DNA from: Leptospiraceae bacterium
GTDB lineage: Bacteria; Spirochaetota; Leptospiria; Leptospirales; Leptonemataceae
Length of the DNA: 64,000 nt
Assembly (NCBI GenBank): GCA_040217195.1
Contig: JAVJNR010000009.1
Coordinates: 170,431-234,430, forward strand
Direction of reading: 5' to 3'
In this document: positions 9,549-21,696 of the stretch, piece by piece
How positions within the stretch are numbered: the stretch's first letter is position 1
How the letters are laid out: every line of letters starts with the position of its first letter
Made by a program: the position numbers and the translations under genes
Notes under the pieces: generated by a model
What the model was told of the DNA's origin: nothing
What the model saw: only the letters and a program-made list of their open reading frames with translations
Databases searched by the model: none

Positions 9549-12026
9549 ATGGAAACCCTGCAAAGGCAACTATTGTCCGGCTATCAACCGATTGCCGGGA
9601 TTCACGATGAGTTTTTGCAGAACGGACAGATTCGCCCCCACTATGATTTTCTGATTTCCAGCCTGGATAGCCTGGGCAGCGAACGGCTGAATCAGCGCCG
9701 AAATGAAGCCTACCGTTTGCTTCGAGAAAACGGAGTCACCTATAGCATCTACGGCAGCCCCACCGGCGAGAATCGGACCTGGCCTCTGGATCTGATCCCG
9801 GTTATTATTCCAAGTGATGAATGGTCTCCCCTGGAAAGAGGACTGATTCAAAGAGCGGAACTGCTGGATCTGCTTCTGACTGATCTGTATAATCAAAGAA
9901 CTGCCATCCAGGAAAAACAGATCCCTGCAGATCTTTTGTTTCGCTCCCGGGCTTTTTTACGCCCCTGTCATGATCTTTACGCTCCCAGAAGCAGTGCACT
10001 TTCCTATTTTGCCACGGATGTAGGCAGGAATCCGGATGGAAGCTTTGTAGCTCTGGGCGATCGCATTCAGGCGCCCTCTGGCTCAGGCTACAGTCTGGAG
10101 AATAGAATCGTTCTTTCCAGGGTTCTACCCAGCATCTATCGAGATAGCCAGGTACATAGACTGGCAACTTACTTTCGTACGCTACGGCGAAACATGATTC
10201 GCAGAGCACAGATTCGAAAGAAAGATCCTCTGACCATTCTTTTGAGCCCGGGACCGGCCAACGAAACCTACTTCGAACATGCCTACCTGGCTTCATACCT
10301 GGGCTTTACCCTGGCCCAGGCAGATGACCTGACCGTGCGCGAGCAGAGGCTCTATCTGAAAACGGTAGAAGGCTTTCAGCAAGTCGATATAGTTTTTCGC
10401 CGGGTGGACGATTCCTTCCTGGATTCCCTGGAATTAAGGGGAGATTCACTTCTGGGAGTACCCGGTCTGCTGCAATGCATTCGAGCCGGCACGGTTACAG
10501 TTCTAAACCCACCAGGATGCGGTATTCTGGAGGATCGGTCCTTTCTCGCTTATTTGCCCGAGCTCAGTCGCCACTTTCTGGGCGAAGAACTTATACTTCC
10601 AAATGTAAAGACCTACTGGCTGGGCGATGAAAGCCACATGCAGCAGGTAATGAATCGAAAGGACCTGGTCATCAAACCCTCCATCCGCAGATTGGGTGAA
10701 GAGGGCTATTTTCTGGAATACATGAGCGATTCCGATCGAGGGGAGCTATGGGCCAGGATCCAGCAAAGACCCTATGATTACATTGCTCAAGAAGTACTAT
10801 CTGGCTGTGGCTGTCCGGTCATAAACAACGGTGAGTTTATTCCGGCCCGGGGAATCTACAGAACTTTCATAGCGGCTGCAGACTCAGGATACATTGTACT
10901 TCCAGGCGGCCTGGCACGCTTTACCATCAATCCAGAAAGTTTCATAATCACAAACCAGGCCGGTGCATTAAGCAAGGATATCTGGATTCTGGCCAGCGAG
11001 CCACAGAAAAAGGAAACCCTGCTGTCGGTATCTGCAGATACTACGGAAATCTATCGCAAAGGAATTGGGCTTCCAGGTCGAGTGGCGGACAATCTATTCT
11101 GGTTGGCCCGGTATGCAGAACGAGCGGAGAATCAATGTCGTTTTCTTCGCATGATTGTTGAGAGTTCAGACGATGAAACCAGCACCACAGCCCTGCAAAC
11201 CGAGCTTTCAGGTTTACTAACCGGACTGGCCGGCAGTGCCGGCCCGGGCTACAATCAGGACATTGTATCGTTCATGCTCGCAACCAGCAATGACAATGGC
11301 TCCATGGCCCATGACCTGCAAGCTCTGGTTCGAGCCGGACGTAGAATCCGGGATAGACTTTCAGAGGATACTCGCAGGGTAATCTCAGGCCTGGAAAGCA
11401 CTCTTGCCTCTCTGAAAGACGATGATGTAGTGGAGGCCTCCGAAGCGCTGTTTCAAATCATCCTGCTGCTTACTTCTCTCACAGGGCATTTGTCCGAGAA
11501 TATGAGCCGGGAAGCCTCGTATTTCTTTCCCAGAATTGGAAAGCGCCTGGAAAGATCGCTCTTCATACTTCGTCTGGTGTATTCCATGTCCCGGTCCGGA
11601 TCGCTGGGCTGGTGGGACCTTCTGGATGGTATTCTTAGAATCAACGACATCAGTATTACATACAGACGCAGATATCGCAACCGAATGGATGTTCGCAGCG
11701 TGCTGGACATTCTTCTGTTTGACCGCACCAATCCCCGTTCTTTGATCTTTCAAGTGGACGAAATGTATTCCATGACCGAGCAACTCCCAGGAGTGGAGAA
11801 TTCGGACAAGAGCCGACAACGCAAGCTGGCTCTGGAGCTGTATACCAGGGTTCACCTCACAGAAATTGAATCCCTGTTTGCACCGGATGGCACTCTTCTG
11901 GGAGAGGAACTGCAGGCTTTTTCCTTACAATGTCAGAAGCTAACCCATTCTCTCTCGGATTCAATCAGCGATCGGTACTTCCAGTATATGGAGCAAAGCC
12001 AGCAACTGGAGGATCTGGGTGCCTGA
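9549..12026 (+). CDS. Circularly permuted ATP-grasp plus alpha-E fusion protein
   Basis: WPLDLIP, DRIQAPSGSGYSLENR, NETYFEHAYLA, RRVDDSFLD, followed by alpha-E motifs (RVADNLFWLARYAERAEN, GKRLERS, NPRSLIFQ). Confidence 0.92.
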   Translation: METLQRQLLSGYQPIAGIHDEFLQNGQIRPHYDFLISSLDSLGSERLNQRRNEAYRLLRENGVTYSIYGSPTGENRTWPLDLIPVIIPSDEWSPLERGLIQRAELLDLLLTDLYNQRTAIQEKQIPADLLFRSRAFLRPCHDLYAPRSSALSYFATDVGRNPDGSFVALGDRIQAPSGSGYSLENRIVLSRVLPSIYRDSQVHRLATYFRTLRRNMIRRAQIRKKDPLTILLSPGPANETYFEHAYLASYLGFTLAQADDLTVREQRLYLKTVEGFQQVDIVFRRVDDSFLDSLELRGDSLLGVPGLLQCIRAGTVTVLNPPGCGILEDRSFLAYLPELSRHFLGEELILPNVKTYWLGDESHMQQVMNRKDLVIKPSIRRLGEEGYFLEYMSDSDRGELWARIQQRPYDYIAQEVLSGCGCPVINNGEFIPARGIYRTFIAAADSGYIVLPGGLARFTINPESFIITNQAGALSKDIWILASEPQKKETLLSVSADTTEIYRKGIGLPGRVADNLFWLARYAERAENQCRFLRMIVESSDDETSTTALQTELSGLLTGLAGSAGPGYNQDIVSFMLATSNDNGSMAHDLQALVRAGRRIRDRLSEDTRRVISGLESTLASLKDDDVVEASEALFQIILLLTSLTGHLSENMSREASYFFPRIGKRLERSLFILRLVYSMSRSGSLGWWDLLDGILRINDISITYRRRYRNRMDVRSVLDILLFDRTNPRSLIFQVDEMYSMTEQLPGVENSDKSRQRKLALELYTRVHLTEIESLFAPDGTLLGEELQAFSLQCQKLTHSLSDSISDRYFQYMEQSQQLEDLGA

Positions 12027-12906
12027 GTACATTGTTACACACATATCCAGGTACGACTATGAGCAGACGGTATCACTGTGCCAGAATCTTGCTTTGATGG
12101 AACCTCAGGACAGCAAGATCCAGACTGTTCGAAGTTTTACGCTGCAATGCGAACCTGTTCCTGCCGTTCACGATAGAAGGAAGGATTATTTCGGAAATGC
12201 TGTGCATTACTTTTCCATTGAGCAGCCCCATTCCCACGTTCAATTTGTGAGCACTACAGACCTGTTTACGGAAGATCCGAAACCTCTGGATCTGTCGGGC
12301 ACTCCTCCGTATGAGCAGGTAAGAGATCAAATCCGCAGAGCCCTGCAGCCGGAGGAGCTGGAAATTGTTCAGTATACTCTTCCGTCCCGATTCGTACCCA
12401 CCGGACCGGAATATGCAGAGCTGGCCGCCCAGGATTTCAGCCCGGGTCGACCATTTGCAGAGGCTGCACTTTCTCTCACTCGTCGAATCTACCGGGAATT
12501 CAAATACGATTCTGGAGCAACGACCATTCTAACTCCCCTGCAAGAAGTTCTCGAGATTCGCAGGGGAGTCTGTCAGGACTTCAGCCATATATTTCTGGCC
12601 GCACTACGAAGCCTGGGCCTGCCCTGCCGCTATGTTAGCGGCTACATTGAAACTTACCCACCACCGGGGCAGCCCAGGCTCCAGGGGGCCGATGCCAGCC
12701 ATGCCTGGGTTTCAATCTATTTGCCGGGACAGGGATGGATGGATCTGGATCCTACAAATGGAAAGCTACGCACCCATGAATACATTCAGGCTGCTGTGGG
12801 AAGGGATTACCAGGATGTTAGCCCGCTTCGAGGAGTTCTCTTTGGCGGGGGCAAGCATAAGGTTCATGTATCGGTGGATGTTAAGCGAAAAGAAGGTATA
12901 GCCTGA
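12019..12906 (+). CDS. Transglutaminase family protein
   Basis: DYFGN, RRGVCQDFSH, RYVSGY, ASHAWV, LDPTN, GRDYQDVSPLRG. Confidence 0.93.
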   Translation: MPEYIVTHISRYDYEQTVSLCQNLALMEPQDSKIQTVRSFTLQCEPVPAVHDRRKDYFGNAVHYFSIEQPHSHVQFVSTTDLFTEDPKPLDLSGTPPYEQVRDQIRRALQPEELEIVQYTLPSRFVPTGPEYAELAAQDFSPGRPFAEAALSLTRRIYREFKYDSGATTILTPLQEVLEIRRGVCQDFSHIFLAALRSLGLPCRYVSGYIETYPPPGQPRLQGADASHAWVSIYLPGQGWMDLDPTNGKLRTHEYIQAAVGRDYQDVSPLRGVLFGGGKHKVHVSVDVKRKEGIA

Positions 12907-12988
12907 TTGATAGCTAAAACCGGGAAGGCTTACACTGTTTACACAGGTCAGTTCGCCCCTCTATGGCCTGACAAGATCGCTTGTGACT

Positions 12989-13432
12989 TTACCGCGGCTC
13001 CTGCAGCATAAAAGTAACCGGTCCATCGTTAATCAAATGGACTTTCATATCTGCACCAAATTCCCCTTTCTTTACAGAGATCCCATCTTCAGCCAGATAG
13101 CTACAGAATTGATCGTATAGTTGCCTGGCTTTACCCGGAGCCGCAGCGGGACCAAAGGAAGGTCGATTTCCACGAGACAAATCGGCACAAAGGGTAAACT
13201 GTGAAACCACCAGGATGGCCCCGCCAGACTCCTGGACCGAAAGATTCATCTTACCCTGACTGTCTTCAAAGATACGGAATCTGCCTATACGACCGGCCAG
13301 CGCCTTTGCATGTTCCAGGGAATCTTCCTGAACAGCTCCCAGAAAAATCAGCATCCCCGGGCCAATGGATGAAATGACTGCACCATTCACTTTGACGCTG
13401 GATTCCAGAACCCTCTGAATCAATGCATACAT
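12989..13432 (-). CDS. dtd: D-aminoacyl-tRNA deacylase
   Basis: ALIQRV, RIFEDSQGKMN, VVSQFTL, FGADMKVHLINDGPVT; ATG at 13432. Confidence 0.95.
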   Translation of the reverse strand: MYALIQRVLESSVKVNGAVISSIGPGMLIFLGAVQEDSLEHAKALAGRIGRFRIFEDSQGKMNLSVQESGGAILVVSQFTLCADLSRGNRPSFGPAAAPGKARQLYDQFCSYLAEDGISVKKGEFGADMKVHLINDGPVTFMLQEPR

Positions 13433-13442
13433 AGAAAGAAAA

Positions 13443-14624
13443 TCAGGAATGCACAGACTGCAAAAACCGATCCGCTTCCGGATCTTCCACACCCAGTTCC
13501 CTGGCGGCTCGCAGTTCCTGAAAGGCAGCTTCTTTTTTTCCCATTCTTAAATAGAGCATTCCCATATCAAATAGAGCCCGACCCAGGTAAACCCTGGCTC
13601 GCTGCAGTTGCTCCACTTCGCTTCCAATTCTTGAAAGCAGAATCTCTTCTTTGAATACCCCGGAACGAATAATGCTGTTTACCCGGTCTCGGATATTATC
13701 CAGGACCTGCTCCAGCCTGACCGCCTGATCCACTCGATTCAGGCGGTTGGCAAGATCGATATTCTTACTTACCAGAGCATCATACTTCTGAGACAGCAGG
13801 CTATACTCCTGCTTCAGACTTTCCATTTCCGATGCATCGCCTCTGGTCACAATTGTAGTAGGCGCCGATATGATCTGCTCGGCCAGTCGCTGCACTTCCT
13901 CTTCCAGAAGATCTGCCCTTGTAGTTTCGCGTTTCAGCTGAGCTCTAAGATCATCCTCTTGCTCCAGAACTTCCTCAAGACGCTTTTTTAGATCTGAATC
14001 CGGAGTCCTTACATCTCTTACTTTTTCATTGCGAATTTCATGAGTGCCTTCCAGCACATCCTCTCTCTGCCGCACAAGATCTCTCAACGCGAGAAAGATG
14101 GACCATTGAATCTCAGAAGATTCGGCCTTCTTCAAGTTCTTCTCTACAGTAAGCTTATTCTTGAGGGTCTGAAGTTTCTTATAATGCTTTTCCTTTTCTT
14201 TTTCCCTTTCCTGACGCTTTAGCTCGGCTGCAGAAACATTCTTCCCCTTCTTTTCGTTGAGCACTGTACGGGTGGCTCTTTGCAGGGCAGTACCTTTCTT
14301 TTTTTGCCGGGGCCTGAACTGTTTTTGAAATTCATTCAAATAATAACATAAAACCAGGGGATGCTCCGGGCTGTCTGCATCCGGCCCAGTCCAGTGATGA
14401 AAAAGCCCCTGCAGAACCTTAATTCGATCATCCACTTCGACTAAAGGATAGGGGATCTCTTTCTTGCCCTTCTTGATTAGATAATCGGCAGAAAAATGGC
14501 TGGAATAATTATCCGGCCAGAGGATGGCCTCTATGGGCACGGCCTTGCATTGATGCAGGAAATCCTGCTGCAGGGAACGGTCTTTGTGATAGTCTTCAAT
14601 TTTTTTCTGGACCCGGGCTGACAT
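13443..14624 (-). CDS. Hypothetical coiled-coil protein with a C-terminal TPR-like helix pair
   Basis: 393-aa ORF with K/E-rich heptads and GRALFDMGMLYLRMGKKEAAFQEL; upstream of dtd on the same strand. Confidence 0.75.
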   Translation of the reverse strand: MSARVQKKIEDYHKDRSLQQDFLHQCKAVPIEAILWPDNYSSHFSADYLIKKGKKEIPYPLVEVDDRIKVLQGLFHHWTGPDADSPEHPLVLCYYLNEFQKQFRPRQKKKGTALQRATRTVLNEKKGKNVSAAELKRQEREKEKEKHYKKLQTLKNKLTVEKNLKKAESSEIQWSIFLALRDLVRQREDVLEGTHEIRNEKVRDVRTPDSDLKKRLEEVLEQEDDLRAQLKRETTRADLLEEEVQRLAEQIISAPTTIVTRGDASEMESLKQEYSLLSQKYDALVSKNIDLANRLNRVDQAVRLEQVLDNIRDRVNSIIRSGVFKEEILLSRIGSEVEQLQRARVYLGRALFDMGMLYLRMGKKEAAFQELRAARELGVEDPEADRFLQSVHS

Positions 14625-14681
14625 AGAATTGCTCCGTTATAAGATCGGAACAGCGGCCGTTTTGCCGCAGTAAAAACCAAA

Positions 14682-15275
14682 ATGATGCTAACACTGTTTC
14701 TAATCGCCATAAACGTACTTGTCACCCTCATTTATATGCAAAAGGAGGAACCCAGAGATTTTCTGTTCTTTCCGTATCTGGTGGCAAAAGGCCAGGGCAT
14801 CCGGGGACTAATCTACTCTCAGTTTTCCCATAGCGGATGGAGTCATTTGATCTTCAATATGATCACTCTATTCTTTTTCGGAAGGAGCCTGGAAGAAACT
14901 GCCCCGGGAGTATTCCTGCTGACCTACTTTTTTGCAGCGGTGGGCGCGGACCTGGCAACAATTCTCATACATTCGAAGAATCCAAATTATGCAAGTCTGG
15001 GAGCCAGCGGATCTGTGGCCGGCGTTCTGTTCTGTTCCATTGTATTCTATCCAGCAAATGGAATTATTATTTTCCCGCTGCCCATACCGATTCCTGCTCC
15101 AATCTTTGCTATTCTTTACATTGCCGGAAGCATCTACATGGCCCGAACCGAGGCAAGAAACGTTAACCATGAAGCGCACATCGGCGGCGCCCTGGTGGGT
15201 TTTGTAATTGGAGCCCTCTCGGCACCAGGAGGCCTGAGCGGAATAATCGATTACTTTCGAAACTTTATCGGATAA
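14682..15275 (+). CDS. Rhomboid family intramembrane serine protease
   Basis: HSGWSHLIFNM, SLGASG, HEAHIGGALVG; multiple hydrophobic segments. Confidence 0.92.
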   Translation: MMLTLFLIAINVLVTLIYMQKEEPRDFLFFPYLVAKGQGIRGLIYSQFSHSGWSHLIFNMITLFFFGRSLEETAPGVFLLTYFFAAVGADLATILIHSKNPNYASLGASGSVAGVLFCSIVFYPANGIIIFPLPIPIPAPIFAILYIAGSIYMARTEARNVNHEAHIGGALVGFVIGALSAPGGLSGIIDYFRNFIG

Positions 15276-15422
15276 CAGGCGGCCATCTTCCAACGATTTA
15301 ACCCAATACATTATCGAACGGACTCACCGATCTGTATACGGGCCTCCCACCTGACCGAAGGTCACACCCGCACCCGGCCAGATTTCTCCTTGACCCGGCC
15401 CCAGGAACTTGCATGATTATTT

Positions 15423-16310
15423 ATGCATTCAACTTTCAGAATAATAACGGTTATTCTCATCTCGCTTGCCGCCTTCCAATGCAGCGCCAATACGGCGCTC
15501 ATAGATGCGCTGATTGATGGGCGCGTCCCCGAGGCGCGAAATCTTGCTCAATCCAGCGAAGACTTTGCCCGGATGGGGGAATGCTTCAATGCGCTGATGG
15601 TTGCTTCCGGGATTGGAGACACACAAACGGTTCGCACCCTTCTGAAAAGAGGCATGGACCCAAATACACGATCACCGGTCTGCTACCCAAGAGGAGCCAC
15701 CTCAGCGTCTTCCGGGGAAGGTGGAAAAACGGCTTTAATGTTTGCCGCAAACTCAGATATTGCCCGATTGCTCCTGGAGGCCGGTGCAGATCCGGACGAA
15801 AGGACCACCAGGGGACATACCGCCCTGTACGAAGCACTGTGGTCCAATAATTATGAAGTGGCCATGGTCCTCATCTCAGGCGGTGCCGATGTAAACGTAT
15901 TTGATACCTGCGGCGACAATGTTTACCTTAAGCGCATGGCCTGGCAGAAAAAGAAAAACGAATATGGCCCGAAAGCGCAGAGAATACAACAAATGCTAGT
16001 CTCCCGAGGGGCAAAAGATCTGACCTATAACCCCTCCGTAGGTAATCTTGAAGGTTTGCCCGATGATGAGGTGATTCATACGAGAACGGGTATCAAATAC
16101 CCTCTGGAGAAGTTCGGACACACCGAAGATTTCTTTCTCAAGTATCCACCTGATTATTATATTACGGATGTTCCAGAGAGGCTTAACAGATTTCATCCAA
16201 GTGAATTCAAATGGGCCTCCACGGGCAACTCTCTACTATACTGGGAAGCTCAGCGAAAAATGAAAAAGATCAGGGACAAAGGAGATACTTCCGGCTGCGC
16301 TCGGCCCTGA
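15423..16310 (+). CDS. Ankyrin-repeat protein, probable lipoprotein
   Basis: Signal peptide ending AAFQC; ankyrin motifs GKTALMFAA, LLEAGADPD, GHTALYEA, LISGGADVN. Confidence 0.82.
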   Translation: MHSTFRIITVILISLAAFQCSANTALIDALIDGRVPEARNLAQSSEDFARMGECFNALMVASGIGDTQTVRTLLKRGMDPNTRSPVCYPRGATSASSGEGGKTALMFAANSDIARLLLEAGADPDERTTRGHTALYEALWSNNYEVAMVLISGGADVNVFDTCGDNVYLKRMAWQKKKNEYGPKAQRIQQMLVSRGAKDLTYNPSVGNLEGLPDDEVIHTRTGIKYPLEKFGHTEDFFLKYPPDYYITDVPERLNRFHPSEFKWASTGNSLLYWEAQRKMKKIRDKGDTSGCARP

Positions 16311-16393
16311 TTCAAACTCCGGGTCTATCCGCACAGTCCGCTCCCGCCTGCACTTGCACAGCATCCGCCGCTTGACCAACCGGCCACCACATA

Positions 16394-16426
16394 TAAAAAA
16401 AGCCGGCTCCTTACTCAGAAGCCGGC
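16394..16426 (-). terminator. Intrinsic terminator downstream of metH
   Basis: Minus strand reads GCCGGCTTCTGAGTAAGGAGCCGGC followed by a T-run. Confidence 0.7.
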
Positions 16427-16485
16427 AGTTTGTTTTAGAACCCTGAACCAGCCAGGTCCAGGATTCCTGTCTTAGCAGAGAATCG

Positions 16486-19400
16486 TTATCGATCGTAGGC
16501 CAGGTTTGGTCCCAGCCATTTTTCCATTTCATCCAATGGCATGTCTTTTCGTTTTGCGTAGTCCTCTAACTGGTCTTTGTTTAATTTACCCAGATTAAAA
16601 TACTCCGCATCCGGATGCGAGAAGTACAGTCCGCTTACGCTGGCAGCGGGCATCATGGCCAGGCTCTCGGTAAGCTGAACACTGGCATCCTCGGTAGCAT
16701 TCAAAATCCTGAACAGATCTAGCTTTTCCGTATGGTCTGGTTGAGCCGGATAACCTGGTGCCGGTCGAATTCCCTGGTATTTCTCTTTTACCAGCTCTTC
16801 ATTGGACAGGCTCTCTCCAGAACCAAAGCCCCAGATTTCCTTTCGCACCTTTTCATGAAGGTATTCTGCAAAGGCTTCCGCCAGACGGTCCGCCATTGCC
16901 TTGGAAAGGATGGAATTATAATCGTCCTGATTATCGTCAAATTCCTTAACCAGAGCGTTTAGCCCAAGTCCAGAAGTGACGACAAAGCCGCCCAGCCAGT
17001 CTTTCACGCCAGAGTCTTCGGGAGCTACATAGTCCGCCAGAGACCGGTTGGGCTGCCCGGACCGCTTTTTCGCCTGCTGACGCAGGCAATGGATTACAGC
17101 AAGCTCTTCCTTTCGATCTTCATCTTTATAGAGCTTAATATCTTCTCCGGTAGAATTGGCAGGAAAAATGCCATATACACCTCGGGGGCGCAGCAGTTCT
17201 TCTTTAACAATTCGGTCCAGCAACTCCTTTGCATCATTATGAAGCTTGGTTGCTTCCTCGCCCAGCCGGGGATCTTTTAAGATATCAGGATACTTTCCGC
17301 GCATCTCCCAGGTTAAGAAGAAAGGAGTCCAGTCAATGTAAGGAATCAAATCTTCCACTTTAGGTTCGATCTGGAATACTCCGGTCATTTTTGGCTCAAA
17401 GGTATTTCCTTCAAACTTCACTTTATGTTTGTTCGCTACAGCCTTTTCGAAGGATAAAATCTCCTTCTCATCCTGGCGATTTTTATGAGTTTCCCGCACA
17501 CCTTCATACTTTTCTCTGATTTGTGCCACAGTCTTATCCCTGTGAGTATCCGAGGCCAGGTTTGCCACCATGGGAACGCTCAAGGAAGCATCCAGTACAT
17601 GGACGGTTGCTCCTGAATAGTGGGGCTCAATCTTCACCGCAGTATGCACTTCACTGGTGGTGGCTCCACCTATCAATAAAGGAAATTGCATCTTACGCTT
17701 TTCCATCTCTCGGGCCACTTCCACCATCTCATCCAGAGAAGGGGTAATCAGCCCGGAAAGACCGATGACATCCACCTTTTGCTTTTCTGCTTCATCCAGG
17801 ATTTTATCCCGGGGCACCATCACTCCCAGGTCAATGACATCATAACCATTACATGCCAGAACCACGCCCACAATGTTTTTACCAATATCGTGCACATCGC
17901 CCTTAACAGTGGCAAGAAGCACCTTGATGGCTTCCTTTTTGGAACCAGGGTTCTTTCTTTGCTCCTCTTCCATGTATGGAATTAGATAGGCCACAGCCTT
18001 TTTCATAACCCGTGCACTTTTAACAACCTGGGGCAGAAACATCTGACCGGAACCAAATAGCATGCCCACATGATTCATTCCATCCATGAGAGGACCTTCG
18101 ATCACATCCAGAGGCTGATCGAACTTCTGACGGGCTTCTTCTGTATCCTCTTCGATAAACTCTACAATTCCTTTTACAAGTGCATGACGAATTCGCTCAC
18201 CCACATCAGCTTCCCGCCAGGCATTCTCTTTTCCTTCATCCTGTTCACCCTCATCCTTGTAGCTTTCTGCGAAATCCACAAGCTTCTCTCCAGCTTCGGG
18301 ATCCTTGTTAAGCACCACGGCCTCTACCAGGTCCCGAAGATCCCGGGGAATTTCATCGTAAACATCCAGCTGGCCCGGATTTACAATACCCATGTCCATA
18401 CCGGCACGAATTGCATGGTACAGAAACACCGAGTGCATGGCCCGGCGCACCGGTTCATTTCCTCTAAAGGAAAAGCTCATGTTGGAAACCCCACCGCTCA
18501 CTCTTGCATGCGGCAGATTCTCTTTGATCCACTTCGTTGCATTGATGAAATCTACGGAGTAATTGTTATGCTCCTCAATTCCGGTAGCGATAGGGAATAT
18601 GTTCGGATCAAATATGATATCCTGGGCGGGGAAGCCCACTTCCTCGGTAAGGATTTTATAAGCACGACCACAGATCTCGATCATTCGCTCATAGCTATCC
18701 GCCTGGCCCTTATCATCAAAAGCCATTACAATGACGCTGGCACCGTAGCGCATGACCTTCCGGGCCTGTTCTACGAATTGCTCCTTCCCTTCTTTCATGG
18801 AGATGGAGTTAACAATGGCTTTACCCTGCACACATCGAAGGCCGGCTTCAATAACACTGAATTTGGAAGAGTCGATCATGATAGGCACTCGGCAGATGTC
18901 CGGTTCTGCACCAATCAGATTCAGGAACTTCACCATGGCAGCCTCGGAATCCAGCATACCCTCATCCATGTTCACATCAATAACCTGGGCACCGTTTTCC
19001 ACCTGATCCAGGGCTACAGCCACAGCCTCTTCATAGTTCTCTTCCCGAATCAATCGGGCAAACCTTTTGGAACCGGTTACATTTGTACGCTCTCCTACGT
19101 TCAAAAAGTTGGCCTCCGGTCGAACCACCAGGGGCTCCAGTCCGGAAAGTCTTAAAAAAGGCTCCTGTTTGGCAGGCTGTCTGGGCTGAATCCCTTCAAC
19201 GGATTTAGCCATGGCTGCAATATGATCGGGTGTGGTTCCGCAGCATCCTCCAATGATGTTTACCCAGCCTTCGCTGGCATAGTTGTGGATTTGCTCTCCC
19301 ATATACTCGGGAGTCTCATCGTATCCACCAAATTCGTTGGGAAGACCTGCATTGGGATAAAGACTAACACGGCATCCGGCCACCCGGGAAAGCTCCTGAA

Positions 19401-20190
19401 TAAATGGCTTCATCTGAGCAGAGCCAAGGGCACAATTCAAACCTACACTTAGCAGATGCGGCATATGGGAAATGGAAATCCAGAACGCTTCCGTAGTCTG
19501 ACCAGAAAGGGTTCTACCGCTCTGATCCACAATCGTTCCAGACACCATGGTTGGCAGGGTGTAGCCGATTCGATCGAATACATTCTCGATGGCAAATAAG
19601 GCTGCCTTGGCATTCAAAGTATCAAACACTGTTTCCACCAGAAGGATGTCCACTCCACCTTTGATCAGACCCTCTACCTGTTGTTCGTAGGCCAGAACTA
19701 CTTCCTGGTAGGTTACTGCTCTAAAACCCGGGTCATTTACATCCGGAGATAGAGACAGAGTTTTATTCGTCGGCCCAATGGCGCCGGCCACAAAGCGAGG
19801 TTTGGCAGGATTTTTCTCGGTGTACTTATCCGCTGCCTTGCGAGCCACCCTGGCTCCTTCGATGTTCAACTCATCCACCAGGCTTTCCAGGTCATAGTCT
19901 GCCTGAGAAATTGTGGTGCAGCTAAAGGTATTTGTTTCTATTATATCCGATCCTGCTTCCAGGAACTCTTCATGAATTTCCTGGATTAATTCAGGCCTGG
20001 TTAAGGTAAGAAGGTCATTGTTGCCTTTCAATTCTCCCGGATAAGCCTTGAATCGATCTCCGCGAAAGTCTTCTTCTTCCAGCTTGTGCTTCTGAATCAT
20101 GGTACCCATGGCACCATCGAGCACCAGGATGCGCTTTTCCAGCTGCTCATAGAGTAACCTGGTTCTATCCTTTGTTTCTGTCTGACTCAT
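16486..20190 (-). CDS. metH: Cobalamin-dependent methionine synthase
   Basis: [28 protein letters not shown]12-binding [20 protein letters not shown]. Confidence 0.98.
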   Translation of the reverse strand: MSQTETKDRTRLLYEQLEKRILVLDGAMGTMIQKHKLEEEDFRGDRFKAYPGELKGNNDLLTLTRPELIQEIHEEFLEAGSDIIETNTFSCTTISQADYDLESLVDELNIEGARVARKAADKYTEKNPAKPRFVAGAIGPTNKTLSLSPDVNDPGFRAVTYQEVVLAYEQQVEGLIKGGVDILLVETVFDTLNAKAALFAIENVFDRIGYTLPTMVSGTIVDQSGRTLSGQTTEAFWISISHMPHLLSVGLNCALGSAQMKPFIQELSRVAGCRVSLYPNAGLPNEFGGYDETPEYMGEQIHNYASEGWVNIIGGCCGTTPDHIAAMAKSVEGIQPRQPAKQEPFLRLSGLEPLVVRPEANFLNVGERTNVTGSKRFARLIREENYEEAVAVALDQVENGAQVIDVNMDEGMLDSEAAMVKFLNLIGAEPDICRVPIMIDSSKFSVIEAGLRCVQGKAIVNSISMKEGKEQFVEQARKVMRYGASVIVMAFDDKGQADSYERMIEICGRAYKILTEEVGFPAQDIIFDPNIFPIATGIEEHNNYSVDFINATKWIKENLPHARVSGGVSNMSFSFRGNEPVRRAMHSVFLYHAIRAGMDMGIVNPGQLDVYDEIPRDLRDLVEAVVLNKDPEAGEKLVDFAESYKDEGEQDEGKENAWREADVGERIRHALVKGIVEFIEEDTEEARQKFDQPLDVIEGPLMDGMNHVGMLFGSGQMFLPQVVKSARVMKKAVAYLIPYMEEEQRKNPGSKKEAIKVLLATVKGDVHDIGKNIVGVVLACNGYDVIDLGVMVPRDKILDEAEKQKVDVIGLSGLITPSLDEMVEVAREMEKRKMQFPLLIGGATTSEVHTAVKIEPHYSGATVHVLDASLSVPMVANLASDTHRDKTVAQIREKYEGVRETHKNRQDEKEILSFEKAVANKHKVKFEGNTFEPKMTGVFQIEPKVEDLIPYIDWTPFFLTWEMRGKYPDILKDPRLGEEATKLHNDAKELLDRIVKEELLRPRGVYGIFPANSTGEDIKLYKDEDRKEELAVIHCLRQQAKKRSGQPNRSLADYVAPEDSGVKDWLGGFVVTSGLGLNALVKEFDDNQDDYNSILSKAMADRLAEAFAEYLHEKVRKEIWGFGSGESLSNEELVKEKYQGIRPAPGYPAQPDHTEKLDLFRILNATEDASVQLTESLAMMPAASVSGLYFSHPDAEYFNLGKLNKDQLEDYAKRKDMPLDEMEKWLGPNLAYDR

Positions 20191-20307
20191 AATGTCTCCT
20201 TTTCTCTATGTAATGAAGTCTGCACCGACTTCGAGGCGACCCGGCGGGTCCAATGAGCTCCATTCGAATTGGTCGAAAGCCCTTGATTTTGAATAATGTA
20301 TAATTGC

Positions 20308-20334
20308 AAAAGGCTGCCCCGGCCTGGCCGGGGC
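20308..20334 (-). terminator. GC-rich hairpin between ahcY and metH (terminator or mRNA-stability element)
   Basis: GCCCCGGCC-A-GGCCGGGGC followed by AGCCTTTT on the minus strand. Confidence 0.5.
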
Positions 20335-20343
20335 GCATAGTTT

Positions 20344-21696
<1,353 letters not shown>

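Noticed and set aside
18070..19155. 361-aa plus-strand ORF
   Set aside because: Antisense shadow of metH; no protein-like motifs.
20191..20307. Possible SAM/SAH/cobalamin riboswitch ahead of metH
   Set aside because: Short hairpins exist, but I could not find the conserved cores of SAM-I, SAH, SAM-SAH or B12 elements. An Rfam scan would settle it.
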